Shown: positions 9,571-18,724 of the stretch, one piece after another
Numbering within the stretch: the first letter of the stretch is position 1
How the letters are laid out: every line of letters begins with the position of its first letter
NCBI GenBank assembly: GCA_037139975.1
Contig: JBAXFJ010000001.1
Location: 171,017 to 235,016, forward strand
Source: a bacterium
Lineage (GTDB): Bacteria > Patescibacteriota > Minisyncoccia > Phycocordibacterales > SBAW01
Direction of reading: 5' to 3'
Length of the DNA stretch: 64,000 nt
Notes under the pieces: generated by a model
What the model saw: only the letters and a program-made list of their open reading frames with translations
Told to the model about the DNA's origin: nothing
Databases searched by the model: none
Translations under genes and position numbers: made by a program

Positions 9571-10350
9571 TTGAACATGAAACGAGCTAAGCCAATTGTG
9601 ATTGCAAACTGGAAAGGCTATGTTGAGACGCCCGAGGAGGCAAAACGCTTTGTGCAGGTCATAAAGCGCAGTACAAAAACCCTCTCTGCGTGTCAGGTGA
9701 TGCTCGCGCCCTCTTTCACGCTCTTGCCAACACTTGTGCCTTTGTTAAAAAACTCTGCTGTTCAGGTCGGGTCGCAGGCAGTCTCCGCACACCCAGGTGG
9801 GGCGCATACGGGCGAGGTTACCGGCGCAATGCTTCGGGCGGTGGGCGCTGTTTTTAGTATTGTGGGTCACTCAGAGCGCCGAGCACTTGGCGGCGCAGGT
9901 GAAAGCGAAGAGGGTATTCAAAACCAAATTGCTCGTGCATGCGAGGCAGGGCTGGGCGTCGTTCTCTGTGTGGGTGAGCATGAACGTGAAGCGTCGGGTG
10001 CGCACTTTGGCATCATTGCGGGACAGCTCGCGTCGGCACTCGCCGCAGTGCCGCTCAAAAACATGGGCAAGCTTATGGTTGCCTACGAGCCCGTGTGGGC
10101 AATAGGAAAAACCGCAGCAGATGCTATGCAGCCCGGCGATGTGCAGGAAGTATTTATTTTTATTCGTAAAATTCTAGTCGAGAAGATCGGCAGAGCGGCG
10201 GCATTGAAAGTTCCCATTCTGTATGGTGGCTCTGTTGAAGAAGAAAATGTACAGGGGCTGTACCATGAAGGTGGAGTAAGTGGTTTTCTGGTTGGGCACG
10301 CGAGCAGCAAGAGCGACTCTTTTATAAAACTTATCAAAGCGCTGCAGTAA
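9571..10350 (+). CDS. tpiA: triosephosphate isomerase
   Basis: 259 aa; NWK, AYEPVWAIGKTA and YGGSV motifs. Confidence 0.9.
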   Translation: MNMKRAKPIVIANWKGYVETPEEAKRFVQVIKRSTKTLSACQVMLAPSFTLLPTLVPLLKNSAVQVGSQAVSAHPGGAHTGEVTGAMLRAVGAVFSIVGHSERRALGGAGESEEGIQNQIARACEAGLGVVLCVGEHEREASGAHFGIIAGQLASALAAVPLKNMGKLMVAYEPVWAIGKTAADAMQPGDVQEVFIFIRKILVEKIGRAAALKVPILYGGSVEEENVQGLYHEGGVSGFLVGHASSKSDSFIKLIKALQ

Positions 10351-10356
10351 CGCTCT

Positions 10357-11355
10357 ATGCAATTACAGTCAATTCATGATGCGGATATAGCAGAAAAACG
10401 TGTCCTGCTGCGCGTTGACTTCAACGTACCGTTTACAGACAGTGGTGCTATAGCTGAAGACTCGCGCATCAAAGCAGTGGTGCCGACCATTGTGCTGCTC
10501 AAGCAAAAAGGGGCTGCACACATCACCCTCATGACTCACGTGGGGCGACCCGAGGGAAAGGTGGACGAGGCGTTGCGTACGGCGCCACTCTTCAAATATC
10601 TCAGTGAGCTGACTGACACCACAGGGGTCGAGATGCTTGAAAACCTGCGTTTTGATGCGCGCGAAGAAGTAAACGACGTGGGGTTTGCACAAGAACTCGC
10701 GTCGCATGGTGATGTGTTTGTGAACGATGCGTTTGCGGTGTGTCACCGGGCGGCGGCTTCTACGGTTGGCGTTGCGGCATTCCTGCCCGCGTACGCGGGC
10801 TTGTTGGTTGAAAAAGAAGTTGCACATCTCTCTGAAGCGCTCATGCCGCCTGTGGGTTCTGTAGCGATTATCGGCGGGGCAAAGCTCGAGACCAAATTAC
10901 CTCTCATCGCGCAGTTTTCTTCTTTGTATACAAAAGTGTGTGTCGGCGGTGCGCTTGCAAACGAGTATGCGCCAACAGCAAACGACACCAACGTATCGCT
11001 CCCGAGCGATGGGGTGCCCCAACACCAAGGAATGCTTGATATTGGCCCACAGACTGCTGCTGCATGGGCAGAAGAGATACGGCGTGCGCCGTTTGTGCTG
11101 TGGAATGGTCCAGTGGGTATGTATGAAAAGCCGGAGTATCGGCACGGCACCGACACGCTTGCTCGGGCAATTGCCGAGGGTTCGTGCCGCGCAGTCTTGG
11201 GTGGTGGGGACACCGACGCGGCGCTCGCGCAGTTCACCTTTGACTCGGAGCGCGTCTTTATCTCAACCGGCGGGGGAGCTATGCTCGAGTTTTTGGCCAA
11301 TGGCGGCACATTGCCCGCGCTTGAAGTGCTTAAAAATCCTAAGGTTAAACCTTAG
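10357..11355 (+). CDS. pgk: phosphoglycerate kinase (short form)
   Basis: 332 aa; RVDFNVP N-terminal motif, HVGRPEGK, and a GGGDT-like C-terminal region. Confidence 0.8.
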   Translation: MQLQSIHDADIAEKRVLLRVDFNVPFTDSGAIAEDSRIKAVVPTIVLLKQKGAAHITLMTHVGRPEGKVDEALRTAPLFKYLSELTDTTGVEMLENLRFDAREEVNDVGFAQELASHGDVFVNDAFAVCHRAAASTVGVAAFLPAYAGLLVEKEVAHLSEALMPPVGSVAIIGGAKLETKLPLIAQFSSLYTKVCVGGALANEYAPTANDTNVSLPSDGVPQHQGMLDIGPQTAAAWAEEIRRAPFVLWNGPVGMYEKPEYRHGTDTLARAIAEGSCRAVLGGGDTDAALAQFTFDSERVFISTGGGAMLEFLANGGTLPALEVLKNPKVKP

Positions 11356-11359
11356 GATT
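11335..11359. repeat. palindrome family copy AATCCTAAGGTT-A-AACCTTAGGATT (pgk/HIT convergent ends)
   Basis: Perfect 12-nt arms. Confidence 0.8.
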
Positions 11360-11713
11360 AAATTTTGAAGGAATCAGGTGGATGTGTACATGCGGTATAT
11401 CCAACCCATCGATGCGGAGTTTTATGAAATCAGCCGCGTATTCAGCTTTTAGCTCTTGAGCAATCCTTTTTGCTTCTCGAAAGAGTGTGTCTGAAAGCTG
11501 GTTAGGCATATCCTGGAACCATGGGTGGTGCGCGACCGGTATCACAAGCGTGTGTCCGGGGGCTTTTGGGTTTGCATCAAGAAACGAAACCACAGCGCCC
11601 TCTGCGCGGTGAACCTTGCGCGAAGATATCTCGCCCGCTGCTATCTTACAAAAAACGCAGTCTGCTACTTTTGCCCCTGTTTCTTCTATTTTTTCCATAT
11701 ATGTATCATACAC
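11345..11713 (-). CDS. HIT-family (histidine triad) nucleotide hydrolase
   Basis: 122 aa; FCKI..GE N-terminus and HVHIHLIP histidine triad. Convergent with pgk, overlapping by 11 nt. Confidence 0.8.
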   Translation of the reverse strand: MYDTYMEKIEETGAKVADCVFCKIAAGEISSRKVHRAEGAVVSFLDANPKAPGHTLVIPVAHHPWFQDMPNQLSDTLFREAKRIAQELKAEYAADFIKLRIDGLDIPHVHIHLIPSKFNPKV

Positions 11714-11729
11714 AGTATACTAAATTCTC

Positions 11730-13514
11730 ATGGCGACGGTATACAGGCTACGGGAAAGGGTACACGCAGAGCTTATTCCCGATTTGTTGCACACACGCGG
11801 GGTGTTGAGCGAGGAGGATGTAGGCAAGTTTCTTGCGCCTGATTTTATTCGTGACTCGCACGACCCGTTTTTGCTGCCCGACATGGGCAAGGCGGTCGAG
11901 CGCGTCCTGTTTGCGCGGAGCAGTGGCGAAAAAGTTGCGGTGTGGAGCGACTACGACTGCGACGGCATCCCCGGCGGCGTGCTGTTGACCGAATTTTTGC
12001 GCGCGGTGGGTCTTAGTGTTCGGCACTATATTCCGCACCGTCATGCCGAGGGTTATGGTATGAACGAAACAGGTATCCAAACTCTTGTTGAAGAAGGCGT
12101 CACGCTCATCGTCACTGTGGACTTGGGCACCACCGAGCACGGGCCGATTGCGTTTGCCAAAGAGAAGGGAATTGATGTGATTGTGACTGATCACCACGTC
12201 GTTTTGTCGGCTCCAGAAGAAAGCCTTCCACAAAGGTCCTCGGATCTCCCTCGCTCGTCTTCGGACGAGCTTCGGGCCAGACCATTTGTTTCAGACTTTC
12301 TTCTTGTGCCTATTCTTCCCAAAGATGCGTTTGCCGTCATAAATCCAAAAAGACCTGACAGCACATATCCATTTGATGGCCTGTGTGGAGCAGGAGTTGC
12401 GTGGAAATTGGTGCAGGGCATCTTGTTGAAGTTGCGGATAGGTGGCACTTTTTCTGAATATCCAGAAGGACGGGAAAAGTGGCTGCTTGACCTAGTTGGC
12501 ATGGCCACGCTTTCGGACATGGTGCCGCTCATTGATGAAAACCGGATGCTCGCGCGTTGTGGACTCATTGTGATGCGCAAGGCACGCAGGCCTGGGCTCG
12601 CTGCGCTTTTGTCGCTGTTGCGCATCAGTCCACCATCAATTACCGAGGATGACATCGGGTTTATGATCGCCCCGCGTATCAACGCCGCTTCGCGCATGGG
12701 TTCGCCCGAGAGCGCGGCGCTGCTTTTGCGCAGCGAGACGCTCGAGGAGGCAAAGGGGCACGCGCGAGTGCTCAATAGTATTAATGATGAACGCAAAAGC
12801 GCCGTTGCAGTGACGGTTAAAGAAGTCAACAAAAGACTGGAAGCGTCCGGTCTGTCGGAAAGCCCTGTCATCGTGATGGGTAGTACTGGTTGGCGGCCAG
12901 GCATTTTGGGGCTGGTCGCCAATTCGCTGATGCAAAAACATGGTAAACCGGTCTTTTTGTGGGGCAGGGAAGGGGGTGAGCTTCTGCGCGGTTCGTGCCG
13001 CTCGAGCGGTGAGGTGTCGGTGGTTGACCTGATGCACGGCGCAGTAGACGTCTTTGACCACTGTGGTGGTCACGCGGCATCGGGCGGCTTCTCGCTCGAC
13101 GAGGGGCGCGCACACGAGCTCTTGCCGCGGCTCGTCGCCTCCTATCAAGCGCTGATGGGCACTGCCGCTCAAGTAGTAAAAGAAGTAGTGGTCGACCGCG
13201 AACTCGACTTGGCTGAGACGAGCCGCGCACACAGAGAATTAAAACAACTCGCGCCTTTTGGGGTACAAAACGAAAAGCCGCTGTTTCTTTTCCCCAATAT
13301 AGACATCGGCCCCGTGCGCACCTTTGGCAAAAATACTGACCATCTTGACATCAAATTGGGCAAGAGCGGCATGCAGGTGCCCGGCATCGCATTCTTTTCG
13401 ACTCCTGAATCATTTCAAAAAACTCCAACAGTTGGCACAAAAGCTGACATCGTGGGTCACGTCGAGACCGACTGGCGCGGCGGTCCTCGCATCCGTGTAG
13501 TCGATGTGCTGTAG
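11730..13514 (+). CDS. recJ: single-stranded-DNA-specific exonuclease RecJ
   Basis: 594 aa; DHH-family motifs DYDCDG and TDHH, plus a DHHA1-type C-terminal region. Confidence 0.85.
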   Translation: MATVYRLRERVHAELIPDLLHTRGVLSEEDVGKFLAPDFIRDSHDPFLLPDMGKAVERVLFARSSGEKVAVWSDYDCDGIPGGVLLTEFLRAVGLSVRHYIPHRHAEGYGMNETGIQTLVEEGVTLIVTVDLGTTEHGPIAFAKEKGIDVIVTDHHVVLSAPEESLPQRSSDLPRSSSDELRARPFVSDFLLVPILPKDAFAVINPKRPDSTYPFDGLCGAGVAWKLVQGILLKLRIGGTFSEYPEGREKWLLDLVGMATLSDMVPLIDENRMLARCGLIVMRKARRPGLAALLSLLRISPPSITEDDIGFMIAPRINAASRMGSPESAALLLRSETLEEAKGHARVLNSINDERKSAVAVTVKEVNKRLEASGLSESPVIVMGSTGWRPGILGLVANSLMQKHGKPVFLWGREGGELLRGSCRSSGEVSVVDLMHGAVDVFDHCGGHAASGGFSLDEGRAHELLPRLVASYQALMGTAAQVVKEVVVDRELDLAETSRAHRELKQLAPFGVQNEKPLFLFPNIDIGPVRTFGKNTDHLDIKLGKSGMQVPGIAFFSTPESFQKTPTVGTKADIVGHVETDWRGGPRIRVVDVL

Positions 13515-13562
13515 AAAAATTTTTCGCGTTATACTGCAAGCACTGAATACAGAGAAGTTTTT

Positions 13563-14300
13563 ATGCCCAAAGAAACAAACGAGAAAGAAAAAGTTTTGAT
13601 ATTTGCCGATGGGGCATCAAAAGGCAACCCGGGTCGGGGTGGTTGGGGAGCCTTGATTTCGGGTAATGGAGAAGTGGTTGAGTTGGGTGGTGCCGAAGCG
13701 CACACAACAAACAATAGGATGGAATTAACCGCGGCGCTGTCTGCGCTTGAATATGTAGGCGGTCGTGTGGTGAGGGCTGTTGTTGTGCACACCGACTCGT
13801 CGTATGTGATAAACGGCATCACGAAGTGGGTCGCGGGCTGGCAGCGTAGTGGCTGGCTGACTAAAGAAAAGAAACCGGTTTTGAATCGAGACTTGTGGGA
13901 AAAATTAGCAGCAACAGTTGAAAGTTTAAAAAACAGCGGGGCAAAAATCTCTTGGCAGCATGTGGGAGGGCATGTGGGGGTGGCGGGCAACGAGCGCGTT
14001 GACGAAATCGCTTCTAGTTTTGCTGAAGGTGCGCCCAGTAAACTTTTTACCGGTAAGCGGAGTGATTACACACACGAGATAGAAAATATTTCACATAATC
14101 CAGAAAAAGCCTCGGGCAAAACAGCAAACAAAACTCACTCACGTGCAAAAGCGTATTCCTATGTCTCAATGGTTGACGGCACAGTGGTGACACACAAGAC
14201 GTGGGGTGAGTGCGAGGCGCGAGTCAAAGGCAAGATGGCTCGGTTCAAAAAGGCGACATCTCCGAGTGAAGAAGCAGCGATTATCAAAGAATTTTCATAA
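13563..14300 (+). CDS. rnhA: ribonuclease HI with ~90-aa C-terminal extension
   Basis: 245 aa; DGASKGNPGRGGWG, TNNRMEL and HTDSSYV catalytic motifs. The C-terminal tail has no known domain. Confidence 0.85.
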   Translation: MPKETNEKEKVLIFADGASKGNPGRGGWGALISGNGEVVELGGAEAHTTNNRMELTAALSALEYVGGRVVRAVVVHTDSSYVINGITKWVAGWQRSGWLTKEKKPVLNRDLWEKLAATVESLKNSGAKISWQHVGGHVGVAGNERVDEIASSFAEGAPSKLFTGKRSDYTHEIENISHNPEKASGKTANKTHSRAKAYSYVSMVDGTVVTHKTWGECEARVKGKMARFKKATSPSEEAAIIKEFS

Positions 14301-14315
14301 ATAAACACTAAGGCC

Positions 14316-15677
14316 ATGAAAAGAGGCTGGCTCGTGGTCGCGGTGATCGTGTATGTGGCGCTGTTTGCTGTGCGTTTCCACATTCTTTTGCAACATGAAA
14401 AGGCGCAGACATTGTCCAGTTTTGTGGGGCAAAAGGTGGTGGTGGTTGGGCGTGTTGCCGACGACCCAGACAAACGCGAGACCTCGTTGCACCTCACAGT
14501 TGAGGTTGAAAAAGTTGATGGAGCGCCTGCACGTGGTGGGTTGCTCGCGCTGGTGCCGCGCGAAAGTCCTGTGGTGTATGGCGACGAGGTCGAAGTGAGT
14601 GGCAAGCTGGTAGCACCGCAGAACTTCGAGACCGACACGGGCCACATCTTTGACTACCCAAGTTACCTGCGCGTGCGCGGTATCTCTGTGGAAGTTCCCC
14701 GGGCAACACTCGTGCGCCGAGTTCCCGTGGGTCCCTCGCTGCAGGGCGTACTCTTTTCTTTGAAGCATGCGTTCGAGAGCTCGCTCGACCGGCTCTTTTT
14801 TGAGCCCCAAAACGCGCTCCTGCAAGGCATTTTGCTTGGCGAGCGGCGCGGCATCCCCAAAGACCTCACCCAAGCGTTTGTAGAAAGCGGTTTGGTGCAC
14901 GTAGTGGTGCTGTCGGGCTACAACATCTCGATTGTGTCTGAGGGTGTTTTCCGCGCGCTCGCGTTCCTACCGCGCACGCTCAGCTTCGCGACCGGCGGGT
15001 TCACCATGGTTCTCTTTGCGCTCCTGGTGGGTGGCGGGGCGACCACCATTCGCGCGCTCATCATGGCGGGCATCGCGCTCCTGGCGCGCTATATGCACCG
15101 CTCGGCCGTCGCCCTGCGCTCGCTCGTTGTTGCCGCCGCCGCAATGGCGCTGTGGAACCCGCTCGTGGTTTTATATGACCCGTCGTTTATTTTGAGCGTC
15201 TTGGCAACCTTTGGGCTCATCACCCTCTCCCCTTGGGTCGAGGGATACATCAATCGCATAAAACTTTTGCAGCACCCGCGCCTTGCGGGCGCTCGCTCGA
15301 TAGCCGCTTCAACCATCGCCGTCGAGATTTTCGTTTTGCCCGTGCTGCTCTATTTTTCTGGCGTTCTCTCGTTTCTTTCCGTTCCGGCAAACGTCCTCGC
15401 GCTTCCTATTGTGCCTGCGGCAATGCTGTTGGGGTTCGTCTCTGGCCTGCTTGGGTTTGTCCCGAGCGCCCTTGGCGCCACGCTTGCATTCCTCCCCACG
15501 CTTGGGACCGATCTGCTCCTGCGTTGGATGCTGTTGGTCACCACCATTGTCGCTGCCGTCCCATTTGGTGTCGCCATCATCCCCGAATTCTCTGGCTGGC
15601 TGGTCCTCGCCTGCTACATTCCACTCACCTGGTTCGCCGTGGGGAAGTATAGAAAGAGTGACGGCGTGATAGAATGA
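14316..15677 (+). CDS. comEC: ComEC/Rec2 competence channel, N-terminal part only (DUF4131/OB region plus polytopic competence domain, no MBL domain)
   Basis: 453 aa; one N-terminal TM, then a soluble region, then a multi-TM region with LVHVVVLSGYNIS resembling the ComEC competence-domain signature. The expected C-terminal metallo-beta-lactamase domain is encoded separately at 17454. Confidence 0.7.
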   Translation: MKRGWLVVAVIVYVALFAVRFHILLQHEKAQTLSSFVGQKVVVVGRVADDPDKRETSLHLTVEVEKVDGAPARGGLLALVPRESPVVYGDEVEVSGKLVAPQNFETDTGHIFDYPSYLRVRGISVEVPRATLVRRVPVGPSLQGVLFSLKHAFESSLDRLFFEPQNALLQGILLGERRGIPKDLTQAFVESGLVHVVVLSGYNISIVSEGVFRALAFLPRTLSFATGGFTMVLFALLVGGGATTIRALIMAGIALLARYMHRSAVALRSLVVAAAAMALWNPLVVLYDPSFILSVLATFGLITLSPWVEGYINRIKLLQHPRLAGARSIAASTIAVEIFVLPVLLYFSGVLSFLSVPANVLALPIVPAAMLLGFVSGLLGFVPSALGATLAFLPTLGTDLLLRWMLLVTTIVAAVPFGVAIIPEFSGWLVLACYIPLTWFAVGKYRKSDGVIE

Positions 15678-15789
15678 AGAACATGACAGCCTTTGGAGAA
15701 GTAAGTGATATTACTAATATCAATACCTATTCGCCAAGTTTTGAGTTTCTCAAAACAGAGCCTGACTTGTACTCTGTTTCAGATTTAAT

Positions 15790-16404
15790 CTAATTACTCA
15801 CCTCTGCAAACCGCTCTTCTATCACGCCCCAATTCAGGTTTTTAAAGAAAGCGTCGATGTATTTTGTTTTTCCGGCGGCACCATGGTCGAGCAGGTAGGC
15901 GTGCTCCCACACATCGAGAGCCAAGATAATGGGCAGTGTCGCAAAGTGGCCTTGGTGTTGCTCGCCTGCAAACCCCGCGAGAAACTGTTTTGCTTGTGGG
16001 TCCCAGTAAAGTATCGCCCAGCCCGGGCCGCGCATATTTCCGATGGCTTTGAGGTAGGGCTCGATATGCTCGGCTTTCATGTATTCTTTTTCAAGTTGCT
16101 TGCTCAAGGGATTTTCTGCCTCAAGCGCTTTTGCCCCACCTTCAAATTGTGCAAAGTACAGTTCGTGCAGGCGCATGCCATCGAATTCGAACGAGCGGCG
16201 GCGAATGAGTTCAGAAAGCGCGTGTGCGTTCTTCCCCGCCTGACCGGCCGGCAGGTCCATGTCTTTTGCATACTCGGGCAGCAGCGCCGATATTGCATTA
16301 AAATTTTTGACATATCCGGCATAGAGGCCCAAGTGTTCTTCCACTGACTTGGTCGAGATGCCGTCGAGCTCAGGGATAGTAAACTTTTTTTCTTCGTACG
16401 TCAT
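15790..16404 (-). CDS. Fe/Mn superoxide dismutase-family protein
   Basis: 204 aa; DVWEHAYLLDH C-terminal metal-ligand motif and conserved Tyr (YAGYV). The N-terminal HH-KHH box is reduced to a single His, so it is a divergent member. Confidence 0.75.
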   Translation of the reverse strand: MTYEEKKFTIPELDGISTKSVEEHLGLYAGYVKNFNAISALLPEYAKDMDLPAGQAGKNAHALSELIRRRSFEFDGMRLHELYFAQFEGGAKALEAENPLSKQLEKEYMKAEHIEPYLKAIGNMRGPGWAILYWDPQAKQFLAGFAGEQHQGHFATLPIILALDVWEHAYLLDHGAAGKTKYIDAFFKNLNWGVIEERFAEVSN

Positions 16405-16520
16405 GTTGATTCAGAAAGTTGTTATGATTTGATAATTTAATGTATGTAACTATAGCATAGCAGGCAGTTGTGTTTCTGGTATGAATTGTTACCCTTTAGT
16501 CGGAAGTAGGGGGATTTCCC

Positions 16521-17375
16521 ATGAGCAAAACAAGAAGTCCGGCAGCTGGAACTCCACTGTCGTGGCCTATCATCGAGCGGTTGTCGGCCATTCACATTCT
16601 CGGATTATTCGGGGTGTGGTACCTAATCGCTGTTGCGCACTCTGCACGAACCGTGGCGTTCGCGTTGCTATGGTTTTTTCTATGTCACTTGGCAACAACC
16701 ACGGGGCCGCATCGGTTGTATGCGCACGGTGCGTATGCCGCCACAAAGATGCTTGAGGTGTTTCTGCTCCTCTTTTCAGCGGCCACGTTTCAAGGGCCGG
16801 CGATGTGGTGGGCAGCAATGCACCAAAGGCATCATGCGCACAGCGATACCGACAGAGACCCATACAGCGTTGTTCACGGTTTCTGGTGGGCGCACGTGGG
16901 ATGGATGTTGCGTGTACCACAAAGCCCAAAAGAGTTAGTGAGGTTCCGGAAAAACCAACTCATTCAACTCCAGGCGAAGTACTACGAATGGGTAGCGCCG
17001 ACCATGGCGTTTCTCCTACCGGCTCTCATCGCGTCGCTGTGGGGTGACTTCTGGGGAGGGCTTCTGGTTGCAGGGTTCTTGCGACTGGTCGTGCAATTTC
17101 ACCTCACGTGGATAATCAACTCATGGGCGCACTCGTTTGGTACTCGTCGCTATGGAGGAACTGGCTCTGCGCGTACCAACTGGTGGCTCGCTATCCCCAC
17201 CGTTGGGGAGAGTCTCCATGAGCGGCACCATCTGGCCGAACAAGCCGCCTGGTTTAGTACGTACTGGTACGACATAGACCCTGGAGGTTTCTTTATTCGT
17301 TGCTGCGTTTGGGTTGGGCTCGCTTCCAATCCAAAAGCAGTTTCGGAAGAAGAAGTGTACGCAAAAGCGCGGTAA
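16521..17375 (+). CDS. membrane fatty-acid desaturase (stearoyl-CoA/acyl-lipid delta-9 desaturase family)
   Basis: 284 aa; three His boxes (HRLYAH, HQRHHAHSD, HERHH) and NSWAH, with four predicted TM segments. Confidence 0.8.
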   Translation: MSKTRSPAAGTPLSWPIIERLSAIHILGLFGVWYLIAVAHSARTVAFALLWFFLCHLATTTGPHRLYAHGAYAATKMLEVFLLLFSAATFQGPAMWWAAMHQRHHAHSDTDRDPYSVVHGFWWAHVGWMLRVPQSPKELVRFRKNQLIQLQAKYYEWVAPTMAFLLPALIASLWGDFWGGLLVAGFLRLVVQFHLTWIINSWAHSFGTRRYGGTGSARTNWWLAIPTVGESLHERHHLAEQAAWFSTYWYDIDPGGFFIRCCVWVGLASNPKAVSEEEVYAKAR

Positions 17376-17453
17376 ACCCATGTATCTAATCGAACGCCCC
17401 CGCAGCAATGCTCGGGGCATTTTTTTACCCTATACTAAAAACACTAAACTCGA

Positions 17454-18344
17454 ATGGATTTTTTGAAAAAATACCAAAGATACGCGCCACTCGTTTTGCT
17501 TGGCGCTCTCGCAGTTTTTTGCGCTGTGGTGTGGGTGCGGGTGGGGGCAGAGACGCCAAGTGGCCTACTCAAGGTTGCGGTGCTCGATGTGGGCCAAGGC
17601 GACGCCATATATATCGAGTCGCCTACGGGCGAGCAGCTGCTCATCGATGGCGGACCCGATGGCTCGCTCTTGCGCCAGCTGTCCAAAATCATGCCATTGT
17701 TTGACCGCTCCATCGACGTGGCGCTCGAGACACACCCACACGCCGACCACGTTATGGGTTTTATTGACTTGTTCAAGCGCTACTCGGTGGGCGCGTTCAT
17801 CGAGCCGGGCGTTGTCTATAAGGGGACAGAGGTGGATGCACTTGAGCAAGAAATTGATGATCAAAAAATTCCACGTTACTTGGCTCGGCGGGGAATGGTT
17901 GTTGATTTGGGTGGCGGGGCAGTGCTCACCATTCTTTGGCCGCAAAGTGACGTAACGCATATTCCCGAAAGCCATGTGCACGAAGGCAATGTGGTTGCGC
18001 GCCTGACCTATGGCAAAACATCTGTTTTGTTGATGGGTGACGCGCCCAAAGACGTCGAGGCAAAACTCTTGGCCGAAAAGGATGCGCTTGCAAAAGAGAG
18101 TCTCAAAAGTGATGTGCTCAAGGTTGGTCACCACGGTTCACGCACTTCCTCAGGGGACGCTTTCATCGCCGTTGTGCACCCAGCGTTTGCCGCCATCTCG
18201 GTGGGTGCCCACAATATGTACAAGTTGCCCAACCAAGAACCGATAGACTCGCTTACTAAGCTAGGCGCGCACGTGTTCCGTACCGACCAAGTGGGCACTA
18301 TTTTATTTGAATCCGATGGTCAAACTTTTTGGAAAATGCAGTAG
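17454..18344 (+). CDS. ComEC C-terminal-type metallo-beta-lactamase domain protein (stand-alone)
   Basis: 296 aa; N-terminal TM/signal, DVGQGDAIYIE, HPHADH and KVGHHGSRTS motifs typical of the ComEC MBL nuclease domain. Confidence 0.75.
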   Translation: MDFLKKYQRYAPLVLLGALAVFCAVVWVRVGAETPSGLLKVAVLDVGQGDAIYIESPTGEQLLIDGGPDGSLLRQLSKIMPLFDRSIDVALETHPHADHVMGFIDLFKRYSVGAFIEPGVVYKGTEVDALEQEIDDQKIPRYLARRGMVVDLGGGAVLTILWPQSDVTHIPESHVHEGNVVARLTYGKTSVLLMGDAPKDVEAKLLAEKDALAKESLKSDVLKVGHHGSRTSSGDAFIAVVHPAFAAISVGAHNMYKLPNQEPIDSLTKLGAHVFRTDQVGTILFESDGQTFWKMQ

Positions 18345-18399
18345 CAAAGTAGACAACTGCATTGACATGTTGCATAGAAAGCGTAACATCAGAAACTAG

Positions 18400-18650
18400 A
18401 ACTGTTGGTAGAGGGGAACCGTTGTGAGTGACTCGGCCACTAATCGTCCTCCAGTCGGAGGTTATAAAACTCCGGGTTTGGGGGCTCATAAGCCTTCGCT
18501 CGCGTATCGAGAGACGCCTAAATCAAGTTGGCCTCCCGCAGCAACACTTTCCAGTTTTTCTCCTTGTCGGGATTGTGCAGGGTGTGATGCAGACACAATG
18601 CTGCATTGCTTTGTTAAGGTGTGATGCCAACGAACAAAAACCGCCGCTCT
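18400..18650 (+). ncRNA. candidate small RNA or structured UTR (unassigned)
   Basis: 380-nt ORF-poor gap. A sigma70-like ttgaca-N17-taacat promoter lies at ~18364-18395, followed by hairpins (cctccagtcggagg) and an intrinsic terminator at 18651-18687. No match to an RNA family that I can recognise. Confidence 0.15.
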
Positions 18651-18687
18651 TGATCAAATGATCAGGAAGCGGCGTTTTCTTTTTTAC
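18651..18687. terminator. bidirectional intrinsic terminator
   Basis: ccgccgct...agcggcg stem flanked by A-run and T-run. Serves rpmB on the - strand and any + strand transcript. Confidence 0.6.
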
Positions 18688-18724
18688 AAATATCCAGGAC
18701 CGTCCTAGATATTTTGTAGTTATT

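Noticed and set aside
8967-9578. 203-aa and 156-aa - strand ORFs
   Set aside because: Antisense to the PilB-like gene, which has coherent family homology.
10743-11309. 188-aa - strand ORF
   Set aside because: Antisense to pgk.
12191-13232. 243- and 198-aa - strand ORFs
   Set aside because: Antisense to recJ.
14295-14900. 201-aa - strand ORF
   Set aside because: Antisense to the comEC N-terminal gene.
17565-18134. 189-aa - strand ORF
   Set aside because: Antisense to the ComEC-MBL gene.
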